Position numbers and translations under genes: made by a program. 64,000 bases of DNA, taken from positions 167,214,001 through 167,278,000 of the forward strand of contig OZ024743.1 in NCBI GenBank assembly GCA_964016885.1, read 5' to 3'. This document shows positions 13,395 through 24,640 of the stretch, in pieces. This DNA comes from Eledone cirrhosa. Its lineage: Eukaryota. Position 1 is the stretch's first letter, and each line of letters opens with the position of its first letter. The notes below the pieces were generated by a model. It was not told where the DNA came from, did no database searches, and saw nothing but the letters and a program-made list of their open reading frames with translations.

Positions 13395-15173
13395 ATGGCC
13401 GAAGCTTCTTCACCAAAATTCGAAGGAGGAAAGGGGAAGATGAACTTACAGCTTCCCCCTGCCACTGTCACAGTAGCAGAGGTCAAGAAGAAAGGTCAGC
13501 CAGAGGAAGAATTCTCTCCACCTGTTAACCAACAACTTGACGTTGCCATGGCAACAACCCAAAGAACCAGCAGCAACAGCAACAACAACAACAATGCGAC
13601 GGACGAAAACAACACCAATAACAATAACAATAACAACAACAACAAGACCAATAACGGTGACAACAACAACACCACCAACGACAACAACAACACAAACAAA
13701 CAAAATTTCTCCTTCGCCGAGACGACAAGGAAAACCCTCGACTATCTGCCAGTAGATATAACAAAAGCGAAGGAGCTACTGGCGGATGCGAAAAAATATA
13801 TAGTGTACGGAGAAAATGGTTCATTCACAATCCATTCCCCCCCGGAACTAAAAAGCCAGAGACTCCTAAACACGGTCATGTTTAGGACAATCTCGAACAA
13901 AAGTAAAAAACCAGCTCAACCATCACAGAGCGAGATAGAGCTGGTTTTAAAAGACGTCATGAAGGACATCACCTTCATTCAGAAGGATAGACTCTACGGG
14001 AGTCTATCCATTCTCATGAAGGACAGGGACACAGCAGTGAAACTGTCCATCAAACCAATCACATCCATCGCATACACCTTCTACCCTACGTACATGGGTA
14101 GAAGAACACAAAAAATAAAAATCCACACCATCCTGCCGATTATGGACATATGGTGGGTTTTGACAGGTTTTCTGGACCTGGAGGATGACATGCTGGTGTC
14201 CATGGGAAAGGCATCGGGTGACGCGTTCAGTGGAACGAGCCTCGAACTTGTAGTTCAAATGAGGCCCGAAAGGATCGCCCAGATCCCTGAACGCGTCATA
14301 CTGGATGATCTAACCTTCATCAACATTACCGTTGAGGGTAGACGGCCCTCGTGTTACCTCTGCGGAACCAGAGGTCACCTGAGGGCTGTCTGTCCCCAAC
14401 TTAATAAGAAAACCCCAATCCTGCCTACACCACCAACAACTGCACAACCAACACAATCACCACAACTACCACTACAAAAACAACCACCACAGCTCAAACC
14501 AAAACAAAACAATGTCCAACCCATCCCCTCCACTCAAAAAACAAAAACAATTTCCAAAACACCCGTACCGCAAACACAACCCGAAAATATACCCCTCCCC
14601 TCCAACGCGGAAGATGACCCTAGTTCGTCGTCAGACGAGGAGGAGCACTTCCACACAATCAAAAGAAAAAAAAGAAAACACACCTCAGACACACAAATGA
14701 AAAAAACCCCTCCCCAAAACATAACACTGACACCAACACAAAAGAGCTCACAACAACAGCAAACAAAAAACACCACACAAAAACAAAAACATGCATACAC
14801 ATACATAAACACAAGAAACAAAAAACTGTTAAACATTGTGTACAACAACAATCTAATAAAAACACAAGGGCCTAACTTCACCCAGGCAGGGGATTTCCCC
14901 CACCTCAAAATGATTAAGGCCCCACAGGACACCTATAAAACTTTAAAAAACAATTTTAAAGAGGACGTGGGTCCCCCCTGCGTCGGGCCCATTAACCGCG
15001 TCCTCCTAAAAAACTATCCCACTCCCTCCCCAAACACCCACACAACTCCAAGCTCCCCAACCACACAACACACTGATGCCCCCACACTTCCACAAACCAC
15101 CACCCCACCCAACAACCCATCCCCCACCCTAATGGAAATTGTGCAGCCCGATACCCGGGACGCAGAGAGGTAA
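13395..15173 (+). CDS. Tx1 ORF1p with CCHC zinc knuckle
   Basis: 592 aa; [14 protein letters not shown]. Confidence 0.9.
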   Translation: MAEASSPKFEGGKGKMNLQLPPATVTVAEVKKKGQPEEEFSPPVNQQLDVAMATTQRTSSNSNNNNNATDENNTNNNNNNNNNKTNNGDNNNTTNDNNNTNKQNFSFAETTRKTLDYLPVDITKAKELLADAKKYIVYGENGSFTIHSPPELKSQRLLNTVMFRTISNKSKKPAQPSQSEIELVLKDVMKDITFIQKDRLYGSLSILMKDRDTAVKLSIKPITSIAYTFYPTYMGRRTQKIKIHTILPIMDIWWVLTGFLDLEDDMLVSMGKASGDAFSGTSLELVVQMRPERIAQIPERVILDDLTFINITVEGRRPSCYLCGTRGHLRAVCPQLNKKTPILPTPPTTAQPTQSPQLPLQKQPPQLKPKQNNVQPIPSTQKTKTISKTPVPQTQPENIPLPSNAEDDPSSSSDEEEHFHTIKRKKRKHTSDTQMKKTPPQNITLTPTQKSSQQQQTKNTTQKQKHAYTYINTRNKKLLNIVYNNNLIKTQGPNFTQAGDFPHLKMIKAPQDTYKTLKNNFKEDVGPPCVGPINRVLLKNYPTPSPNTHTTPSSPTTQHTDAPTLPQTTTPPNNPSPTLMEIVQPDTRDAER

Positions 15174-15197
15174 GTGCCTTTTCTCTTCACCACCAAC

Positions 15198-18100
15198 ATG
15201 GCTATGCTAAGAGTAGGCTGTTTAAATGCGCGTGGCCTGGGCTCAACTTGGAAGCAAGCAATGCTTCTAAATGACCTCAGGTCACAACGTATAGATGTGA
15301 TGGTTATTTGCGAGGCCCGGATCAGCAACGTGCGACAGCTGGCCCCCACCTTTGATGACTTTGAGATGCACGCATCTCTCTGTCAGCCCGGAGGTGGGGG
15401 TGGAGTTGTCGTTCTGCTGCAAAAACATCTGGGTCTCGCAACACAGATGGTACATTTGGACCCGGAGGGTCGACTAGTGGTTCTGGACCTTGGCAGTGGT
15501 AAAGGCGGAGCGTTTAGGTTGGTAGCCGCCTACGGCCCTTTCGGGTCAATGCGGCCGGACTTCTTCCATCGTCTGGAGACTTTTCTAGGGACGTCCCGCT
15601 CCTTGCTATTAGTGGGGGACTGGAATGGTATCCTAGATGCACGCTGGGACTACGTAGGGGCCTGCCCCGATAGAGAGGGGTGTAATATCCTCAAAGGGTT
15701 AATCGGTCGATTTGACCTGGCCGATAGATATCGACTAGATTTTCCGACTGCGCCAACCTGGACTTGGGCAAATCGTAGCGGATCATCTAGGTCGTACCTA
15801 GATAGGTTCTTAGTTAGAATTAAGGATAAGGACTTCTTAAGTTGTCCAAAAATGCGCATGGTTGGCTATTCAGACCACAAATTAGTGACCTGCATGGTCA
15901 ACCTTGACAGAACTCATAGACAGGGCCCCGGTTACTGGAAGCTCAACTTGTCCTTGCCGGCAAGTAGAGCCTACAGGAATCGGATTAGTACGTTAGTTAA
16001 GGAACGGTTGACTGGAGCGATCGTCAACAGCAGGTGGTGGGTATCTATAAAGAGAGAGATTAGAGTAGTCTCGATAGAATTTAGTAAGGTTCTAGCTGCG
16101 GATAGGAATAGGAAGGAAAGGGAGCTAATAGATAGAGTAGAAGAGGCAATTAGAAGCGGCGACGTGGCCAGAGTGCTAGCGTCGAGAACGGCTTTGAGCC
16201 AGTTTTTCGACGCGAAGCACGAAGGCTGCGTTGTCCAAAGTAAAATACGTGCTCTAGGGAACGAGGGGACCAAAGCTGTTAGCTGGGCCCGCGTGACAGA
16301 GACCAACAGTGGAACTAAATCCACCATCCGGTCTTTGCGAGACCTAGATGGACGGGCGATTCTTGAGCCTAAGCAGATGTGTGAGGCCTTTCAAAGGCAC
16401 TTTGCCCGACTGTTCGGGAGGGGCGGGGAGCCGGTTGGGAACGTGGACTTCGGTCCATACCTCGACGGCCTGCCGCGCCTCTCGGACAGGGAGGCGAAGT
16501 CCTGCGAGGAGCCGATTTCGGCCGCTGAGATAGAGGACGTGCTGAGCCAATGCGGCAAACGCAAATCCCCGGGTCTCGATGGTCTTCCTTACGAATTATA
16601 TCTAGCTATGCCGGACTTGTTCCCCGATCTCCTCGAGGCGGTCTACTGCAACTGGCAACAGAACGGGAGAATTCCCTGTACTGTGACCAAGGGCGTAGTC
16701 ACGCTAGTGAGGAAGGACGAGAACAAGGGGGACGAAATAAGTAACTTCAGGCCCATAACTCTGCTACAGATTTTGGCCAAGGTGCTAGCAAAGAGGTTGG
16801 CGCTTGTCGTGGGCAACCTGGTGGGAGATGCGCAGACATGCGCTATCCCGTCCAGGTCCATCCATGACAACCTCCACCTCATGCGATACATCATAGAGAG
16901 GGTTGGGAACGAACCCGGCTTTGGTGGGGCTCTGATCAACTTGGATCAATCTAAGGCGTTCGATAGGGTCGACCATGGTTACCTGGATGCGGTGCTAGCG
17001 GCGGCAGGCTTCGGACCCGTTTTCAGGGGCTGGATCACTGCTATGCACAGCAGCCGCATCTGCTCTATGGTCAAGGTGAACGGCTACCTCTCGGAGCCGT
17101 TCAAAATCGCGCGGTCCATCCGACAAGGGTGCCCTCTCTCCTCCCTTCTGTATGTGTTGACTCTCGAACCACTACTGCGGAAGTTGGAGTTGTTGCAGGG
17201 CATCCCTTTGGAACCGGGATTGCGGAAAGCGGTGTCGGCCTACGCCGATGACGTGACAGTAATGGTGTCGACGGCCTCCGAAATCGAGGCGGTCGGCACC
17301 TTACTGGAGGAGTACGAAAAGTTCACAGGGGCTAAGCTGAACCGGGACAAGTCGATCGGTTTGCAACTCGGCACGTGGAGGGGCAGACCGATGCCCTCCG
17401 ATGGCGTCGTCGGACGCTGGACGGAGGGCCCGGTGAAGTTGCTCGGGGTCTGGTTCGGACCGGACCTCCAGGTGGAGAAAAACTGGGCGGAGGTTACGAA
17501 CAGGGTGTTTGCACTGACCCAGAAGTGGGCCAGTTGCAAACTATCCCTGAAAGGTCGGGCGGAGGTGGCGAACACCTACATAGCGTCCGTCATCTACTAC
17601 CGCCTGACCGTAGTGCCCTGCCCAAGGGAAACCCTCACCAAGATGGAGCGCGCGCTCTTCCAATTCCTTTGGAAGAGGCGGGCTCCTATGGTGAGGAGAT
17701 CCATCTGCTGTCAACACCCTTCGAAAGGAGGGCTGGGGATGCCGTGGCTAATGATGCGTAAACACGCATTAAGGCTACGGCACCTCTACGTATTCCTCAC
17801 CGGACAACCGGTGTGGGCCTCGTTCGTGAGACGAACCTTTCCCAGACTCGTCTCACTCACCGAGCTGCAATCCTGGGTCAAGCAAAGACCGAGAAAACTG
17901 GGCGCCTGGCACACTGAGTGTGCCCAGGCGCTCACCGCCCTCTGGCAGGCGGATCCGGTTATCAGTGGAGACTCCACCGCAACATTCTATAGAGGGCTGG
18001 TACGCAGCAGGTGCGACGACGCCCTCGGAGAAGCCCTAGACATGGAGGAGGACGAACTGGCCAGCCTGTTCGGTAGGACATTCAGCCCGGGACCTATGGA

Positions 18101-18623
18101 TAACTTCCAGAAGTCCCTGGCCTGGCAGTGCTACCGAGGGGCTTTACCCGTTCGAGAAAGGCTCTACAGACACGGGCGCCCGGGTAGGGACCCCGCCAAA
18201 AAGATCTGTCCCAGATGCGTGTGCGACGAGGAAACCATTGCACACGCATTGGTACACTGCTCGGGCGTAGCCGATCTGTGGGGCTATGTCGAACAACTGC
18301 TGTCAAGGGTGGGACCGATCCGGTTGACCACCGAGTCTATTGTAATGATCAAGCCGCCTCCCCCCTTCAAAGATGAAGCAGAGGCGGTGTTTCTGTGCGT
18401 AATAGCCATGGCGAAAGAGGTTGTATGGTGGACGCGTCTGAAAGGACTGAGGTCAGGCACCTTTCTCTCTGGTCAACAACTGGTCCAGTTCTTCCGATAT
18501 CATTTCGGAAGAAGGATCAGGATGGAGAGAGAGGTGCTGCACCCCAGCCGTTTCTATGAAAGATGGGTGAAAGTGGCGAGAATGGCCCGTGTGAATGGGC
18601 CTTCACTCTACATCAGACTATAG
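15198..18623 (+). CDS. Tx1 ORF2p: APE endonuclease, reverse transcriptase, C-terminal zinc finger
   Basis: LNARGL, GDWN, LDRFL, SDH, GPGYWKLN, KSPGLDG, DQSKAFD, YADD; first ATG at 15198. Confidence 0.95.
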   Translation: MAMLRVGCLNARGLGSTWKQAMLLNDLRSQRIDVMVICEARISNVRQLAPTFDDFEMHASLCQPGGGGGVVVLLQKHLGLATQMVHLDPEGRLVVLDLGSGKGGAFRLVAAYGPFGSMRPDFFHRLETFLGTSRSLLLVGDWNGILDARWDYVGACPDREGCNILKGLIGRFDLADRYRLDFPTAPTWTWANRSGSSRSYLDRFLVRIKDKDFLSCPKMRMVGYSDHKLVTCMVNLDRTHRQGPGYWKLNLSLPASRAYRNRISTLVKERLTGAIVNSRWWVSIKREIRVVSIEFSKVLAADRNRKERELIDRVEEAIRSGDVARVLASRTALSQFFDAKHEGCVVQSKIRALGNEGTKAVSWARVTETNSGTKSTIRSLRDLDGRAILEPKQMCEAFQRHFARLFGRGGEPVGNVDFGPYLDGLPRLSDREAKSCEEPISAAEIEDVLSQCGKRKSPGLDGLPYELYLAMPDLFPDLLEAVYCNWQQNGRIPCTVTKGVVTLVRKDENKGDEISNFRPITLLQILAKVLAKRLALVVGNLVGDAQTCAIPSRSIHDNLHLMRYIIERVGNEPGFGGALINLDQSKAFDRVDHGYLDAVLAAAGFGPVFRGWITAMHSSRICSMVKVNGYLSEPFKIARSIRQGCPLSSLLYVLTLEPLLRKLELLQGIPLEPGLRKAVSAYADDVTVMVSTASEIEAVGTLLEEYEKFTGAKLNRDKSIGLQLGTWRGRPMPSDGVVGRWTEGPVKLLGVWFGPDLQVEKNWAEVTNRVFALTQKWASCKLSLKGRAEVANTYIASVIYYRLTVVPCPRETLTKMERALFQFLWKRRAPMVRRSICCQHPSKGGLGMPWLMMRKHALRLRHLYVFLTGQPVWASFVRRTFPRLVSLTELQSWVKQRPRKLGAWHTECAQALTALWQADPVISGDSTATFYRGLVRSRCDDALGEALDMEEDELASLFGRTFSPGPMDNFQKSLAWQCYRGALPVRERLYRHGRPGRDPAKKICPRCVCDEETIAHALVHCSGVADLWGYVEQLLSRVGPIRLTTESIVMIKPPPPFKDEAEAVFLCVIAMAKEVVWWTRLKGLRSGTFLSGQQLVQFFRYHFGRRIRMEREVLHPSRFYERWVKVARMARVNGPSLYIRL

Positions 18624-18972
18624 GTGAGGAAGATGAAAGACCAAGGGAGCACCCCTTCTCTGTGCTCCTGAGGAGAAGGGTTGCACACTTTTTTCGGGGG
18701 TGTGTGCGACCCCCCAAGGCGCCTCCTCTCATTGAGGATTTTGTTAAAAATTTTATTTTTTGTTATATCTTATTTTATTTTTATATTTTGTTATTGCCTC
18801 CTCCTTATTGAGGACGCCTTTTTGTGTAAACGCCCCCCTTTGTACTTGTCCCACTTTTGATGCCCTAGTGGCAAATAAAAGAAACATATCTATATATATA
18901 TATATATCTATCTATATATATATATATATCTATCTATATATATATATCTATCTCTCTATATATATATATATA

Positions 18973-19059
<87 letters not shown>

Positions 19060-19500
19060 ATATATATATATATATATCTATATATATATATATATCTATA
19101 TATATATATATATATCTATCTATATATATATATATCTATCTATATATATATCTATATATATATATATATATCTATCTATATATATATATATCTATCTATA
19201 TATCTATATATATATCTATCTATATCTATATATATATATATATATATATAGATATATATATATATATATATATATATCTATATATATATATATATATCTA
19301 TCTATATATCTATATCTATATATATATATATATATAGATATATATATATATATATCTATGGTAAGGTTTTGCGTATGCTTGTGTATTTACGTATCTGTTT
19401 GCGTGTATGTATGTATTTGTTTCTATTACTTCTGTATTGTATTTATTTACTTTGTTCTTAACTCTGTAGCGGAGATTCATTCGGTCTCCTAGTTAGAATT

Positions 19501-19770
19501 TTAGTCTACGACTTCTGGTATACCATTTACGTGGTTTTGTCTTTGCGTGCTATTGTTCACCACGCTCCACATATGACTTATTATCTTCGTTTTTTCGTTC
19601 ATTGCCAGAGAACGTCTCTATGCACCACTTAGAGAACATTAGTCTACGACCTCTTTTATACCATAAACGTGGTTCTGTCTTTGCGCGTAATTGTTTTTCA
19701 CCGCTCCTATTAATGACGTATTATTCGTTTTTTCCCGTTCTTTGCCAGCGAACGTCACCATGAACCAAAG
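19501..19770 (+). repeat. diverged tandem duplication, about 138-bp unit x2
   Basis: ttagtctacgac at 19501 and 19639 with colinear downstream similarity. Confidence 0.75.
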
Positions 19771-19845
19771 TATCGTCTTCCTGTCTTCCTCCGGTTGCAA
19801 CGTTTTTTGAAATATCCAGTTCTGCGTTTACAGATTGACTTTGTT

Positions 19846-19896
19846 AGTTTCAGAAGATCCCGTTAAGGGTGAAAGCAGCGATTCTTTGCTTAAACT
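19846..19896 (+). ncRNA. hammerhead motif with mutated core
   Basis: agttt-CAGAAGA-tccc..gggt-GAAA-gcag..ttgc-TT-aaact. Confidence 0.6.
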
Positions 19897-20189
19897 TTAA
19901 TCTGTTATTTTAATAAATATCTCTATATATATATATATATATATCTATATATATATATATATATATATATCTATATATATATATCTATCTATATATATAT
20001 CTATATCTATATATATATCTATATATATATCTATATCTATATATATATCTATATATATATATCTATATATATATATATCTATATATATATCTATATATAT
20101 ATATATCTATATATATATCTATATATATATATATCTATATATATATCTATATATATATCTATATCTATATATATATCTATATATATATA

Positions 20190-20222
<33 letters not shown>

Positions 20223-20235
20223 ATATATATATATA

Positions 20236-20311
<76 letters not shown>

Positions 20312-20314
<3 letters not shown>

Positions 20315-21261
20315 TTTCTGAATTTGTTTAGCAAGATTCTTTATCTGAAATCGTGTGTTGAAACCGATATTGTTATACTTTGGGAGGGTCATGTTGCCAA
20401 TAAGAAATACACGCACCAGTTGCTTTCACTTCAATTCATTATATATTTATAAATTTATAAATTTACAAATCTACAAATTTATAAATTTCTGGTTGGTTGG
20501 TTGGTTCCACAACCAGATAGTTGTTTATATATAGTCATAGTCCTTTCGTCACACACTCTGTGACCTCTTCAGTGACTGGGGATTCCTTTCTTTGTTTCTG
20601 TGCCTTTCCTTTCTTCTGTCCTATGCCATTTTGTTTCTGTGTGTGTGTTGTGTGCTCAGTTTGCGCATGCGCCACATCCGGGTGTCTGTGTGTGTTTGTG
20701 TTCATTTATCTATTTGTTTATTTATTTACATGTTATTGGTTGGTTGTTTGTTCTATGTGTGTGTGTGTTTTCATTTTGTCCTTAATTGTAAGTTGTGATG
20801 TTGCTGTTCCACTCATATTTTCTATTTAATTTTGGTTGTAATTCTTTTATGTTTATTGCCTCTGTAATTTGTCTAAACATTGCATCTTTTCTGTGTGTAG
20901 ATTCTATTTTTATTTCTATGTTCTCTAATTTACCCTTGTGTTCTATCTTAGCATGTTGGTAGAGTACAGATGATTCTTTATTATCTTGAAGGTCTCGGCA
21001 GTGTTCATTTATCCGTTCCCCTATACTACGAGCTGTCTCACCTATGTACACTATATTTTTGTTTCTACATTGTCCTTCAGTACATCTTATGCTATACACT
21101 ACATTTCTAGTTTTACAGTTAATATGGGGGCTTATTTTACAGGTTATACATTTCTTATCTATACATGAGGGTCTTTGGAATGGGTATGTCTTGCTAATAA
21201 GTGTTTTTACGGAGGTACCTGGTCTTTCTACTATCTTAATATTGAGTTTATGTTTATTTAG
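20312..21261 (-). mobile_element. 5'-truncated PLE (GIY-YIG plus pseudo-LTR), Nematis-like
   Basis: KIVERPG..CKTRNVVY..YIGETARS; same family as 61799-63428. Confidence 0.9.
20533..20577 (-). ncRNA. minimal type I hammerhead ribozyme
   Basis: agtca-CTGAAGA-g-gtcaca/tgtgac-GAAA-ggac-TA-tgact. Confidence 0.75.
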
Positions 21262-21840
21262 AGAGAGAAAAAAATATAACAGAAGGGAAAAAAGAAAAAA
21301 ACACAGAGCGTACTGAAAAAGAGGGAAACAGGAAAAGCACATGTTTGAATATGAGTAACTGGGAGAGGGCTGTTGATGGTGAATTAGGGAGAGCGGAGAA
21401 AAACAAGCCTGATCTCAGCAAGAGTAGGCAAAAAGAGGCAGAAACAAGAGAAAACGGAAGCAGCAGAGTAGCAGAGAGAGGGAGAGTAAAAGTGAGAGAG
21501 GGAAACAAAGAAATGAAGGAGTTAATAGCAACAAAGTAGATAGGGAGAAAGAGAGAACAGGTCACAGCAAAAAATTAATAAAAATTCTTGAAACAGGGAG
21601 CTGTGTGGTTACTTGATAACGTGTATTTAAAAATAAATATATATATATATATAACCTGTTTGTATTTTCGTTGTTGTAGGTAACAGCACACCTCTGGTCG
21701 CATTTTTCATTGTCACATTACCTACCTTATGTTAATTACTCTGAGCATTAATTTATTGATTTCTTCTCATTGATTGCAAACCTGCTACTCGCAGATGCAA
21801 CTTCCGTTATACTCACTATTATTATCATAATTATAAATAT

Positions 21841-22363
21841 ATCATAATCATTTAATGTCCATCTTCTATGCTAGCATGGGTTGTATTGGTTTGTCCCACT
21901 TGAGGCAAGATTGGTCGGGTGACCATGTCTCGCTCATACAGAACTGTTTCTGGCAGGTTTTCTATGACTGGATGCCCTTCCTAACACCAACCACATTTAC
22001 AGTGTAGACTGGGTGCTTTTTGTCGTGACACCTACACGACCACTTTACTGTGGGAGGATGGAGTAGGGGTGTGGGGTGGAGTGCATATTGGGTTAAGAAG
22101 GGCCTACTGACTGTAGGTTTAAGTTTGTATGCAAGGGAAGGTGGATCTTCTGTGTAGCTGCAAAGATCTCGATCCAGTGACATTGTCTTAGAGAGTTGTA
22201 AGTGAACATGGTAAATTTTTATCACCTCGTCCCAGGTTTTTCTTAGTCTACCCACTCCATAGCTTCCATCAACTGTGATCAGCATGCACCTTTTTATACA
22301 GCTGTTGTCCTTCATACGCATCACATGTCCATACAAACACAATCTCCTCTCTAGCACACAGCA
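21841..22363 (-). mobile_element. decayed RTE LINE 3' end
   Basis: LYGHVMRM..GRLRKTWDEVI. Confidence 0.85.
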
Positions 22364-22372
22364 TATATATAT

Positions 22373-22550
22373 ATAGGAAAATGTATGACCCCGACGGCAG
22401 AGCTCAAGCCGTTTCGACGGCTATATAGCCATCCAAGCGGCTTGAGCTCTGCCGTCGGGGTCATACATTTTCCTATTACCCACTCTACTACCCTAAGTAT
22501 TGAGTTCTCTGGTGCGTTATGGTCCATCTGGTTCCTTACCACAACTCCAT
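22373..22550 (+). mobile_element. short PLE-type hairpin plus tail containing half a hammerhead
   Basis: imperfect palindrome 22373-22476; same family as 30741 and 55425. Confidence 0.75.
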
Positions 22551-22558
22551 TATATATA

Positions 22559-23647
22559 TCATAATCTATAAAGCTCAGTGTGTGGTCATGCTCCTTTCTT
22601 ATAGAATTTCTCCAATTGAAATTTACAATTCAGTATTTGAAATAGTTTCGATTGCGTCTTGGCACATCTCATTTTTTCAATTTCATCCACAATTACGCAA
22701 AAAATAGATAAAACTCAATATTTTACGATTTTTCTCTGTCATTTAAACTGCTAAACTCTTTCCACTACCATTCAAAATCTATACAACTTCATACTTTCTG
22801 CTACTTTCTCTTTCCAAGCTTGATGGTGATACTGTCCGTTTTACTCTCTCATATAATCTGCTTTATCCTCTATCTACAACCCACACATTTTGCTACTTTC
22901 TCTTTTATACTTCAAATTATTACATTTCATACGAAACGACAATTATTCAAAAGCAACAGATACATTTATTCAACAACAAGCGATAAATCTTTTTTAAAAC
23001 CTCTTTTCCAAACGCATACAAACACACACTCACTTCAACAACAACAACAACAATCTGCCTTTTATATATAATGATAAACAATAATATCCTCTATGAGGTC
23101 ACTAAACCTGCTAGAAACAGCAGCTAACTCTCCCCCATACCACACCCCTCCCTACTGTCTTAAATTTAGAAAACATATCTTCTATGAGGTCACTAAACCT
23201 GCTAGAAACAGCAGCTAACTCTCCTCCATATCACACCACTCCCTACTGTCTTAAATTTAGAAAACACATATCCTCTATGAGGTCACTAAACCTGCTAGAA
23301 ACAACAGCTAACTCTCCCTCATACCACAACCCTCCCTACTGTCTTAAATTTAGAAAACATACAGACAACCATGCAGAACAACTCCATCGCAGCTCTGTTG
23401 TTCGGCTGGCATCGTCTACGCGCGTGTTGCGCAAGTACTGTGAAACAATAAATTTCAACACTTTTTTGCACAGAGATAATATCCATAAGCGAAACTACAA
23501 TTGTCACTGCTGGCGCAGCTCCTGCTTCCAGGTCTGCAATTCATTCACCCAGTGCCTGGCAGACAAAAAAGTGCTGCCATAAAATGGGTGGTGCAACCTA
23601 ACTTTGGTAACTTAATGACCCCGAGCAACGCCGGGCTTTAATGCTAG
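22559..23647 (+). mobile_element. non-autonomous Helitron
   Basis: 5' TC..ctataaagct; 3' hairpin cccgagcaacgccggg followed by CTAG|T; the 5' boundary is less certain. Confidence 0.7.
23084..23360 (+). repeat. 91-93-bp minisatellite x3 inside the Helitron
   Basis: ctatgaggtcactaaacctgctagaaac recurs in units starting at 23084, 23175 and 23268. Confidence 0.9.
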
Positions 23648-23805
23648 TATATATATATAATAATAAGGGTTGACGGACCCAGCATATTTATCAATGCCAG
23701 TACCGGTTGTATCTCAGCGCACTCAATGGGCAATGTAAGATACATTACCAGAGTATACACATAGTTATTTGCCTCAACATACGTAAAACGGGTACCTATA
23801 AGGTT

Positions 23806-23915
23806 CCTGGACTCGAGTTTCTGCAGCACTAAAGCAGCAGTAAGGTGCACTACACCATCTGTCTGCATATATTATGCAACAATTCACAATTGGCTTATGC
23901 GGCTTCATCAGCGGG
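23806..23915 (-). ncRNA. type I hammerhead motif with long stem II, in non-coding element about 23660-24176
   Basis: cccg-CTGATGA-long insert-GAAA-ctcgag-TC-cagg; tail hairpin at 23721-23754. Confidence 0.65.
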
Positions 23916-24413
23916 TATCGCCTAATCAATAACCAATCGATCGACATAATCCAAACACCAGCCCGTGCCGGTCATCACTGTTTGTGACAACCGACATGGT
24001 AAAGCGATTAACTAGCAACCGATAGGACTCTATCTCTCGACTAGCCACTGATTTACAAATTTTACGTGGGGATGGGAAGCTAAAAAGAATCAATCTATTA
24101 GTTCCTGTAAGGTCTCAGCCAACGTGTCTCACACACAAATTATCAAGGGGTGAAAAGATGGCTATTAGAAATAGCATATATATATATATATATAAACAAG
24201 TTTGTTTTCAAATATAAAACCTTGAAAGGTGTAGGTGAAAATAAGGTGTCAGCTCAAAAATCCAGTATTTTATTATAATAAACTGTACACATGGCTACAT
24301 ATAATATTTAAAAAACAACATTTATTTGAATTCCTATTGTGTTTGATTAATTACACGTGGAGCAAATTATTCGTTAAAATATGTTACCAAATACTTAGTC
24401 ACATAATAATTTG

Positions 24414-24452
24414 AATTACAATTGTTTCATCCTCGTGGGACTTATCAAAATT
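24414..24452 (-). ncRNA. decayed hammerhead motif
   Basis: TTGATAA-gtcc..ggat-GAAA-caattg-TA; two core substitutions. Confidence 0.45.
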
Positions 24453-24640
24453 GATTATTTTATAAATAATTACCTCATGTTCATCTTTTCAATCACGTTA
24501 TATAAGGAAAAACTAATTTAAAAAATGCACCTGATATATATATATATAAACAAGATGGAACTTTATAACATGTACATTAATTTTAGCGAAGCTTGCTTTC
24601 TCTTATGTTATCATAACCATTTTTTTAGTTGTTCTTTCGC

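Larger units (their letters stand above)
13186..18885 (+). mobile_element. apparently full-length Tx1 (L1-clade) non-LTR retrotransposon in (TA)n
   Basis: 5' UTR, ORF1, ORF2, 3' UTR with AATAAA. Confidence 0.95.

Noticed and set aside
13446-18306. Antisense and alternative-frame ORFs within Tx1 (likewise in Gypsy and RTE)
   Set aside because: Shadow ORFs of real coding sequence with no independent motifs.
21738-21761. Possible further tail hairpin (actc..ttgatt); also about 24250-24300
   Set aside because: Basal stem is mismatched; excluded from the count of 13.
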